Translations under genes and position numbers: made by a program | Part shown: in pieces, positions 1-7,800 of the stretch | How positions within the stretch are numbered: the first letter of the stretch is position 1 | Layout of the letters: each line of letters begins with the position of its first letter | NCBI GenBank assembly: GCA_964501035.1 | Contig: CAZCRK010000001.1 | Location: 62,001-100,514, forward strand | Direction: 5' to 3' | Length of the DNA: 38,514 nt | Notes under the pieces: model-generated | Database searches by the model: none | Told to the model about the DNA's origin: nothing | Seen by the model: the letters and a program-made list of their open reading frames with translations, nothing else

Positions 1-1
1 T

Positions 2-691
2 TTTGTATCCAAAAACTGTATGGATATTGATGGATTTGGAGAAAAATTAGTAGAACAGCTAGTCAGAGAAAAACACATTCATTCGGTTGCCGATATTTTC
101 ACTTTAAAAGCTGATGAATTAGAAAAATTAGACCGTATGGGTAATAAATCTGCCCATAACATTATAACTGCAATACAAAATTCAAAACAAACTACATTAG
201 CACGGTTTATTCATGCTTTAGGAATACGTAATGTAGGTATTCATTCAGCCAAAGTACTTGAACGAGCATTTAATGGCGATATTTTTCAACTTATTGAATC
301 AGATATTAATCAACTTACTTCTATCCATGAAATTGGTGGTATCATGGCTGAATCAATAGTTTCATTTTTTTCAGATGAGGTTAATGTAAGTGTGATAACT
401 TCATGTTTGGAAAATGGAATAACATTTGAAGCAGTAGAAGCAACCCAAGATACTCAGTTTAGTGGAAAGATTTTTGTTTTTACTGGTAGTCTAGAACAGT
501 TTACCCGTAAAGAAGCAAGTGAAATGGTAGAAAAATTAGGTGCAAGAGCAAGTGGTTCAGTTAGTAAAAAAACAGATTATGTTGTTGCAGGTCCAAATGC
601 AGGAGCAAAACTAAAAAAAGCAATTGAGCTTGGTATTTCAACACTTTCAGAAATAGAATTTTTACAATTAATGAAGAGGGACAATGATTGA
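2..691 (+). CDS. ligA: NAD-dependent DNA ligase, C-terminal part (HhH motifs + BRCT); 5' end lies outside the window
   Basis: Frame open from nt 2 (FVSKNCMDIDGFGEK); HhH motif ALGIRNVG; BRCT FVFTGSL...SVSKKTDYVVAG. Confidence 0.97.
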   Translation, partial: FVSKNCMDIDGFGEKLVEQLVREKHIHSVADIFTLKADELEKLDRMGNKSAHNIITAIQNSKQTTLARFIHALGIRNVGIHSAKVLERAFNGDIFQLIESDINQLTSIHEIGGIMAESIVSFFSDEVNVSVITSCLENGITFEAVEATQDTQFSGKIFVFTGSLEQFTRKEASEMVEKLGARASGSVSKKTDYVVAGPNAGAKLKKAIELGISTLSEIEFLQLMKRDND

Positions 692-1127
692 TAATAAACT
701 CATAGAAAAAATTCAAAACATGGCACCAGATGCACAATTCCCAGCACCATTTGCAGAACAATTTAATATTAATTTTACGCAGTTTAAAGAAGGAAGTGTA
801 CATGCAGAAGTAAAATTTGATAAAGCATGGTCAAACCCATTTGGAATTGCCCATGGAGGGTTTTTGTTTACATTATTAGATGAAATTTTAGGGTCTGCAT
901 GTTGTACAGTATTAACAAAAAATATTTATAAAGATGTAAAAGCCTTAAGCACAACAAACCATGATATATTTTTTCATTCTCCTGCAAAAGATGGCGATGT
1001 GTTAGTTATTAAGGGCAGGGTGACATCTTCTCGTAAAAATATGATATTTGTTGAAGGACACATTTTCCAAAAATCAACCGGTGTATTAGTTGCAGAATCA
1101 AAGGGTATTTGGTTTGCAAAACGGTAA
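684..1127 (+). CDS. PaaI-family (hotdog fold) thioesterase
   Basis: NPFGIAHGGFLFTLLDE motif, 147 aa, overlaps the ligA stop. Confidence 0.9.
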   Translation: MIDNKLIEKIQNMAPDAQFPAPFAEQFNINFTQFKEGSVHAEVKFDKAWSNPFGIAHGGFLFTLLDEILGSACCTVLTKNIYKDVKALSTTNHDIFFHSPAKDGDVLVIKGRVTSSRKNMIFVEGHIFQKSTGVLVAESKGIWFAKR

Positions 1128-1131
1128 AATC

Positions 1132-1147
1132 CGTGATGTTTCTCACA
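1132..1147. promoter_or_regulatory. CRP/FNR- or Rex-like palindromic site
   Basis: CGTGA-tgtttc-TCACA, one mismatch to TGTGA-N6-TCACA, upstream of the putative cys-operon promoter. Confidence 0.4.
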
Positions 1148-1183
1148 AAATTAATACAAATTCATAAATTTTTAATATTTTCC

Positions 1184-1212
1184 TTGTACAATTCACTAAG
1201 TCTTAATAAGTT
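1184..1212 (+). promoter_or_regulatory. Putative sigma70 promoter of the cys leader/operon
   Basis: TTGTAC (1184-1189), 17-nt spacer, TAAGTT (1207-1212); predicted start site about 1219-1221. Confidence 0.5.
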
Positions 1213-1220
1213 TTTACCCC

Positions 1221-1328
1221 GTGATTAATGAATATTCAAATCTAAAGGCAAATGATTTAACTGTGACAACTGACCATAGCTGTTGTTGTTGCTGTTCTAT
1301 GTTCGGAGGAGGAGACTTGCCCAGATAA
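1221..1328 (+). CDS. Poly-cysteine leader peptide, 35 aa (MINEYSNLKANDLTVTTDHSCCCCCSMFGGGDLPR)
   Basis: GTG 1221 to TAA 1326-1328; five consecutive Cys codons at 1281-1295; lies between the promoter and a terminator upstream of cysteine synthase; alternative in-frame GTG at 1263. Confidence 0.8.
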   Translation: MINEYSNLKANDLTVTTDHSCCCCCSMFGGGDLPR

Positions 1329-1350
1329 AGGATTTGAATATTGATTATAT

Positions 1351-1388
1351 AACCCCTTTTGTCGGTAAGGCAAGAGGGGTTTTTTTTT
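1351..1388 (+). terminator. Intrinsic terminator (attenuator) upstream of cysM
   Basis: AACCCCTTTTGTC-ggtaa-GGCAAGAGGGGTT 13-bp stem running into a T tract, ending 11 nt before the cysM ATG. Confidence 0.9.
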
Positions 1389-1399
1389 AGAAAGAAAAA

Positions 1400-2299
1400 A
1401 TGAAAAGAAGTAATAATATATTAGATTTAATTGGAAACACACCACTTTTAGATATAAGTAATCTCTTTGACAGTGAGCAAACCAATATTTTTGCAAAAGC
1501 TGAGTGGGCAAATCCCGGAGGTTCTCTAAAAGACAGACCCGTTAAGCGCATGTTGTTAGAGGCAATTAAGGATGGAAATCTAACTAAAGATAAAACACTG
1601 ATTGACTCAAGTAGTGGAAATGCAGGCATTGCCTATTCAATGATCGGAAATGCACTAAGGTATAATGTAGAAATTGTTATCCCTGGAAATGCGAGTTTAG
1701 AACGAAAAAATCGAATGAAAGCACATGGAACAACCATTATTGAAACTGATCCAATTGAAGGCTATGATGAAGCGTTGCGTCATGTACATCAACTTGTGGA
1801 TGAGCACCCAGATAAATACTTTTTCTGTGATCAATATGCAAACGATAATAATTGGTTGGCACATTACCACACAACTGCTGAAGAAATAATTACTCAAGTT
1901 GGCGGTGAGATAAATTATTTTGTTGGGGGAGTAGGAACTGGAGGATCAATTACTGGAATTGGACGCAAACTGAAAGAAAAGTTTCCCAATATTAAAATTA
2001 TGGGTGTTCGGCCAGAAATTTGGCCCGGTATTGAGGGATTGAAACCATTGGGTTCACCAGAAGATATTGTACCCAAAATTTTTGATGAGTCTGTAGTTGA
2101 TGATTGGATTTATACAACAGCTGATGATGCCAAACATTGGGCAAACTCAATTGCGAAAAAAGGATTTTTTGTAGGTCAATCATCCGGAGCATATTTATCG
2201 GCAGTATCCAAATTGCTTGAAGATGTTTCAACTGGGACTGTAGTTACTCTGTTTAACGATTTAGGCGAACGGTATTTTAGTTCTGGGTTATGGAGTTAG
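1400..2299 (+). CDS. cysM: PLP-dependent cysteine synthase, probably sulfur-carrier (CysO)-dependent CysM type
   Basis: IGNTPL, NPGGSLKDR (PLP Lys), SSGNAG, GTGGSITG; adjacent to JAB and Ubl-MoeB genes. Confidence 0.9.
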   Translation: MKRSNNILDLIGNTPLLDISNLFDSEQTNIFAKAEWANPGGSLKDRPVKRMLLEAIKDGNLTKDKTLIDSSSGNAGIAYSMIGNALRYNVEIVIPGNASLERKNRMKAHGTTIIETDPIEGYDEALRHVHQLVDEHPDKYFFCDQYANDNNWLAHYHTTAEEIITQVGGEINYFVGGVGTGGSITGIGRKLKEKFPNIKIMGVRPEIWPGIEGLKPLGSPEDIVPKIFDESVVDDWIYTTADDAKHWANSIAKKGFFVGQSSGAYLSAVSKLLEDVSTGTVVTLFNDLGERYFSSGLWS

Positions 2300-2300
2300 T

Positions 2301-2738
2301 ATGAGCAGTATCACACTATCAAATAAAATTGTAAAGCAATTTATAACCCAAGCTGAAAGAGAATATCCATATGAATGTTGTGGTTTCATACTAGGGGAGT
2401 TTTCTGAAAATGGAACCAATGCTACTGAATATATTCCAGCTGATAATTCAAAAGGTGAAAACAGAAAACGACGTTTTTTGATAGACCCGTTAGCATACCA
2501 AAATGCTGAAGATAAAGCAGATGAATTGGGACTTTCTGTTATTAGTATTGTGCATTCGCATCCAGACCATCCCGATCACCCCTCAGAGTTTGATAGAGAA
2601 CACGCATGGCCTGGGTTTAGTTACATTATTATATCAGTCCAAAAAGGGAAATCAGTGAGCTATAAATCATGGCAATTGGTAGAAGATAGAACACAATTTA
2701 ATGAAGAAGAAATTAGTATAAAAAAGGAGGAAGAATAA
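2301..2738 (+). CDS. mec: JAB/MPN+ (M67) metallopeptidase, Mec+-like CysO-cysteine peptidase
   Basis: YPYECCG...HSHPDHPDHPSEFD JAMM motif; operon context. Confidence 0.88.
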   Translation: MSSITLSNKIVKQFITQAEREYPYECCGFILGEFSENGTNATEYIPADNSKGENRKRRFLIDPLAYQNAEDKADELGLSVISIVHSHPDHPDHPSEFDREHAWPGFSYIIISVQKGKSVSYKSWQLVEDRTQFNEEEISIKKEEE

Positions 2739-4147
2739 TGGCTAGTACATTAAAAATACCGTCACCCCTACGACGGTTCACAAACGGGCAGGCAACACTT
2801 GATGTGAGCGGGGCAACAATCCGTCATGTCTTAGACGAATTATTTAGTGAGTTTCCAGATATTAAAGGGCACCTCATTGAAGATTCAGGAGAGTTGCGTA
2901 ATTTTGTAAATATTTACATTGGGAAAGAAAGCATAAAGCATCTAGGTGGTGCAGAAGCTTCTGTTGATTCCGGTGCAGATATTCGCATTATTCCATCAAT
3001 TGCGGGGGGAGCTCCAGAGCTTTCCCCTGCTGAGCTCTCTCGGTATAGTCGGCACCTTATTCTTCCAGAGGTTGGAATTAATGGACAAAAAAAATTAAAA
3101 TCTGCAAAAGTATTGGTAGTTGGAGCTGGTGGACTAGGGAGCCCTGTTTCTTTATATCTAACTGCTGCAGGTGTAGGAACCATTGGACTAGTTGATTTTG
3201 ATATTGTTGATGAATCAAACCTGCAACGGCAAGTATTGTTTGGTGTGGATCAAGTTGGAAAATCAAAAGTAAAAAGCGCACAAGAACGTCTCGAAAATTT
3301 AAACCCTAACACAAATTTTATTTTACACGAAGAACCATTAAACTCATTAAACGCCCTTGATATTATTAAAGATTATGATATGGTTGTCGATGGCACCGAT
3401 AATTTCCCAACTCGCTACCTTGTAAACGATGCCTGTGTACTTTTAGGTAAACCAAATGTATATGGCAGTATTTACAGATTTGATGGCCAAGTTTCTGTTT
3501 TCAACCATGAAAATGGACCTTGCTATAGATGTCTATACCCGGCACCTCCTCCACCGGGTTTAGTACCCTCTTGCGCAGAAGGTGGCGTGTTGGGTGTGCT
3601 TCCGGGTATTGTAGGATGCTTGCAGGCAAATGAAGCAATAAAACTAATTTTGGGTGTTGGAGATTCCATGAAAGGTCGCTTCCTCCTCTTTGATGCGCTT
3701 GGCATGGAATTTAACGAATTGGTCGTCCGGAAAAATGATGATTGTGTGATTTGTGGGAATAACCCAAGCATCACTCAACTGATTGATTACCAAGAGTTTT
3801 GTGGAATTATTCAGGACGACCAACCCAAAATAGAAGAAATTTCTGTATCAGAATTAAAAGAAAAATGGGACAAAGAACCTTCAACCATAGTTTTAGATGT
3901 ACGAGAAGACTTTGAGCTTCAAATTGCAAAAATAGATGGTGTAATTCATATACCCATGAAACAAGTTTCTGGACACTTAGAGGAATTTGATCCTGAAAAA
4001 GAGATTATTATTATGTGTCGATCAGGGCAACGATCAGCAAAAATATGTGAAGAATTTTTAGAACACAATTTTAAAGATGTAAAGAATTTAAAAGGGGGGA
4101 TACTAGCATGGTCAGAGGAAATAGACTCATCAATACCACAATACTAA
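2738..4147 (+). CDS. moeB: MoaD/ThiS/CysO-like sulfur carrier fused to MoeB (E1-like adenylyltransferase) and rhodanese (MoeZ-like)
   Basis: aa 1-91 beta-grasp ending IIPSIAGG; then RYSRHLILPEVG, GAGGLG, SNLQRQ, CYRC, PSCAEGGV; C-terminal rhodanese CRSGQRS. Confidence 0.93.
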   Translation: MASTLKIPSPLRRFTNGQATLDVSGATIRHVLDELFSEFPDIKGHLIEDSGELRNFVNIYIGKESIKHLGGAEASVDSGADIRIIPSIAGGAPELSPAELSRYSRHLILPEVGINGQKKLKSAKVLVVGAGGLGSPVSLYLTAAGVGTIGLVDFDIVDESNLQRQVLFGVDQVGKSKVKSAQERLENLNPNTNFILHEEPLNSLNALDIIKDYDMVVDGTDNFPTRYLVNDACVLLGKPNVYGSIYRFDGQVSVFNHENGPCYRCLYPAPPPPGLVPSCAEGGVLGVLPGIVGCLQANEAIKLILGVGDSMKGRFLLFDALGMEFNELVVRKNDDCVICGNNPSITQLIDYQEFCGIIQDDQPKIEEISVSELKEKWDKEPSTIVLDVREDFELQIAKIDGVIHIPMKQVSGHLEEFDPEKEIIIMCRSGQRSAKICEEFLEHNFKDVKNLKGGILAWSEEIDSSIPQY

Positions 4148-4626
4148 AAGAGGTGTTTTCTTTTCCAGAAACTGTGAATGAATATGCAGCACGTACCGTA
4201 GCTGGGTTTGTTGTTGCATTATCAATTTTATTTTTGTGGACGGAGAATTTGTACATTCTTGGATTATTAGCATACGGTTTTTGGGCACGGGTGTTAACTG
4301 GACCAACTCTGAGCCCAATTGCATTATTGGTTACTAAGATAATTATTCCAGCTGTAGGTGAACCAAGGCTTGATTGTCCGGGTCCTCCTAAACGTTTTGC
4401 GCAGGGAATTGGAGCAATGTTTACTACATCTTCATTAATTTTGATTTTAAGTGGACATGTTGAATATGCAAACATTGCAATGAGTGTACTTGTTTTCTTT
4501 GCTAGTTTGGAATCGTTTATTGGTTTTTGTGCGGGATGTTGGATGTTTAAACAAATGATGAGTTTAGGCTGGATTCCTGAAACAGTTTGTGAAAAATGTA
4601 ATAATTTATCTTTTTCAACAAAATAA
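4108..4626 (+). CDS. DUF4395-family membrane protein (sulfur-metabolism associated); true start may be further downstream (e.g. GTG 4153)
   Basis: VNEYAAR...GPPKRFAQGIG...GFCAGC motifs, four hydrophobic segments. Confidence 0.8.
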   Translation: MVRGNRLINTTILKEVFSFPETVNEYAARTVAGFVVALSILFLWTENLYILGLLAYGFWARVLTGPTLSPIALLVTKIIIPAVGEPRLDCPGPPKRFAQGIGAMFTTSSLILILSGHVEYANIAMSVLVFFASLESFIGFCAGCWMFKQMMSLGWIPETVCEKCNNLSFSTK

Positions 4627-4627
4627 T

Positions 4628-4653
4628 GGAACTTTCTTAAATGGAGGGTAGTT
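4628..4653 (+). promoter_or_regulatory. Putative ECF-sigma promoter
   Basis: GGAAC (4628-4632)-N18-GTT (4651-4653), matching the GGAAY-N18-GTT pattern of SigR/SigH-type ECF promoters. Confidence 0.4.
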
Positions 4654-4659
4654 AATAGA

Positions 4660-4733
4660 CTACTTTCATTCTTGATTCATCTTCTCCTCCAGGTTGATGA
4701 AAAAGTGACCCCGGTTCGCCGGGGTTATTTTTT
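4660..4733 (+). ncRNA. Candidate small RNA (or structured 3' UTR) with an anti-Shine-Dalgarno loop
   Basis: Hairpin TTCATC-ttctcctccaggtt-GATGAA (4676-4701) exposing CTCCTCC, followed directly by a strong terminator. Confidence 0.4.
4701..4733 (+). terminator. Intrinsic terminator closing the cys operon / candidate sRNA
   Basis: AAAAGTGACCCCGG-ttcg-CCGGGGTTATTTTTT. Confidence 0.9.
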
Positions 4734-4750
4734 GTAACAAATTGTAACAA
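4732..4750. promoter_or_regulatory. Tandem direct repeat, candidate response-regulator site
   Basis: TTGTAACAA-a-TTGTAACAA, 10-bp period, upstream of the dockerin gene cluster. Confidence 0.45.
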
Positions 4751-4823
4751 GCCTTCAGGGCAATAATTTTTAATGTAAATTTTAGACTGGGAAAACCCTA
4801 AATTCCAAATCAAGGAGACTGAA

Positions 4824-7800
4824 ATGAGAACATCAATTTTTTTAACTCACAAAATATATACAATTTTATTATTTGCAATAATGGCATTGACTCCTCTATT
4901 TACACAAGATAATTCGCAAATGACATTCATTGAAGGGAACGTGATAGCTTGTAATGGGTGTTTGGGAGGACCAGTAGGTTGTCCAATCCCGGGTGCAAAT
5001 ATTGACGCGGTTCCGCTTAATTCTGCAACGGATGAAGCATATACGACGAATGCAGATGAAAATGGCCACTTTGCCCTAGAAGTACCTGTAGGTGCATATT
5101 CTGTAACATGCAGTCAAACAGGATGGGAAAACCAAACCCAAACTATTGAAGTTGGATATAATGGCAGTGCAATTGAGTTTTGTTTAACAGAAGTACAAGA
5201 TTTAGAAGTAGTTGCTAGTGGTCACGTATATGGTAATTACTACCCGGATCAAAACAATGCTGAACCACTTCACAATGCCACAGTTTATTTCCAATATTAT
5301 TTTGCAAGTGACATTGAACCCAGTCTTTTGCTTAGCCAACAGACCGATGAAAATGGATATTTTGAATTTTATTATCCCTATGATTCTGGGTGGACTGGTG
5401 ATTATGATTTAAGTCATTTCACATTGAGTGTTCAAGCGGAGGGATACTACAATGCAGAAATGACCTTTGAATATAATAATGCACCCATAACCCACAATTT
5501 CTTTTTAACTCCAAATGTTGAACCAACGGATGTGATATTTTCTGGAACTGTGAGTGGAAGTTTTAATGATATGTTACCTGCGTTTATACCTTTAGAAGGT
5601 GCATTGGTTGAAGTTATTTCAGGTACTGCATCGGGTGTTTATGATGTGATTTTTGAAACAGAAACAAATCATGATGGATATTTTCAATTTTTAAACAATG
5701 TTAATACTCCGTTCCCTGAAGAGGCACAAGTAAGAGTATCAAAAGATGGATATTCAACTGTTGAAGAATGGTTTGATTTTCACGAATTGCCTGTAACTCA
5801 CGATTTTTATCTAAACCATATTACGGACCCATACCCAACAACAACTGTGTTTGGACATGTAAGCGCACAACTATCACCAATGGGTCCTGTTTTTCCAATT
5901 GGCGGTGCTGTAATTGGGGCTACTCCTAGTTGGGGTGATGCACCATATTACGAAACAGAAACCAATGAAAATGGTTGGTTTGAATTAGAATTGGAAGATT
6001 CTGCAATTGGAAATGTTGAATGGCTCATTACATGTTTTACAGACTATGGCACGCAAACACAAACATTTTTAGCCTATCCTGGAGAAGAAAATGAAGTCAA
6101 TTTTCATTTTAATGCATGGGATGAACCGGTTTTACAGGCTCCTTACAATTTAACCGTTGAGCTTGTTCAAGATGCAAATCAGTGGGAGCCAACAGCTATT
6201 TTAAATTGGGAATATCCACCAACGGATGATTTCAATTTGCCAGTTTCATTTAATATTTATGCACAATACGGAGGACCCAATGGGCCCTTTGTACATACAG
6301 GAATTACTGATGTAAACCACTTTGAAATGATGATTGGAGGTTTTGTTGGTTATAATGGATGTTTCTATGTTACTGCAACGCTAAATGGACTAGAATCTGA
6401 ACCGAGTAATACTGCGTGTGTTGAAGGTTTTGATCCCGAACCTGTTTGCGAGGATTTATCTGGAATATCATTTGGTGATTGTGAAATGATAATTGGCATT
6501 GGTTGGAACGGAGAAGAATGCACATGGTTCTCTGGGTGTGGAACAGTATCCGAAGATGGTGTGGATTATTCCAATGCATTCTTTGATAGTGTTGAAGAAT
6601 GCGAAGTAGCTTGTGGCATTGAGGATGATGGACCACCTGAGTGCATTATGGATTGCCCAAGTTTTGAAGATATTGATCCCAATGAAAATGCAGATATTGC
6701 GTGTGAGTGGATAATTGATACTGTAACCAGTGACTCAGAATGCATTTCCGATTGTGATGATTATACTTTAGAAATGTTATCCGAAGTTTCTTGGGCATGC
6801 GAAATGTGTTTAGCTGGTGAATTTGAATGTGAAGACATATTTAATGATGATGATCCACATGAAAATGGTGTTATTTATGGAATGGTTGAGTATGTGTGGG
6901 GTGATGCAATTGAACTTGTTGCAGGAGCTCATATTGTAATTACTGGAATTTCATCGGATGGAACTGTCGAAGATGTCTATGAAACTGAAACGAATGAACA
7001 GGGTATGTATGAAATTGAAGTTCCTGTAGGTTCTTATCATGTTACGTGCACTGCGTATGAAGAAACTGAAACAATTGAAGCATTTGTTGAAGCTGGACAT
7101 GAAGTTCAAGTTAACTTTCAATTTGGTGAATTTTATTTCCCAACTGCTATTACTGGAATGGTATATGGTGAGTTGGAAATGCCAGAACCCATCGATGATG
7201 CTCATTTAACGATTCATTATGATAATGGTATTTTTCTTGAAACATGGACTAATGAAGGTTGGTATTGGTTAGACCTTCCAGGTGCAGGTGAATATTATGT
7301 ATCCATAGAAGCAGAGGGTTATTTCCCTGAAGATATAAATTTCTTTGCCTATGAAGGAATTAATGAAATGGACTTTTATCTGACTCCAATAGATGACTAT
7401 ATGGATCCAGAAGCAACCTTCATACTAGGAAATGCAAGTATTACCGAAGAAAATGAGGTGATTGTACCGTTGTATCTACATTCCGAAGTAGATATTGCTG
7501 GGCTTCAATTTGCAGTATGGCCTGAGCAGTATTATAACGATTTCTATTTAATGCCTTCTGGCTTAGAATCTATGAATGATTGCTTTACTGCAAACTGGAA
7601 CGAAGTATATGGTCAACTTTGGGGTATTATGTTTAGCTTAGAAGGTTGTGTGTTTGAAGCCTATGAAGAACATCATGTTGCCAACTTAGCATTTTCATCA
7701 GAGGGCTTTCCAATTCCTGGTTTAGAAATACCATTGGTATTTAATGAAACCATTGCCTCTGACCCAGATGGTAATGAAATACAGTCTGAAGGTATTGGAA

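Noticed and set aside
1228..1245. Mini-ORF ATG AAT ATT CAA ATC TAA (MNIQI) as the leader
   Set aside because: No Cys codons and no SD; it ends far from the terminator.
1281..1295. TGT trinucleotide run as a microsatellite or phase-variation tract
   Set aside because: It is short, includes a synonymous TGC, and sits in an ORF before a terminator and cysteine synthase, so Cys codons explain it better.
1257..1629. Minus-strand ORFs 1257-1511 and 1387-1629, and the many other 60-180 aa ORFs in the track overlapping larger genes
   Set aside because: They are antisense or off-frame shadows of well-supported genes with no recognisable motifs.
2301..4147. CBASS/Bil-type ubiquitin-like antiphage system (JAB + E1 + Ubl)
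   Set aside because: No E2, cyclase or effector; the rhodanese domain, cysteine synthase and Cys leader point to sulfur transfer.
4666..4690. Minus-strand GGAGG + ATG giving MNQE*
   Set aside because: Only four codons; the terminator orientation favours a + strand RNA.
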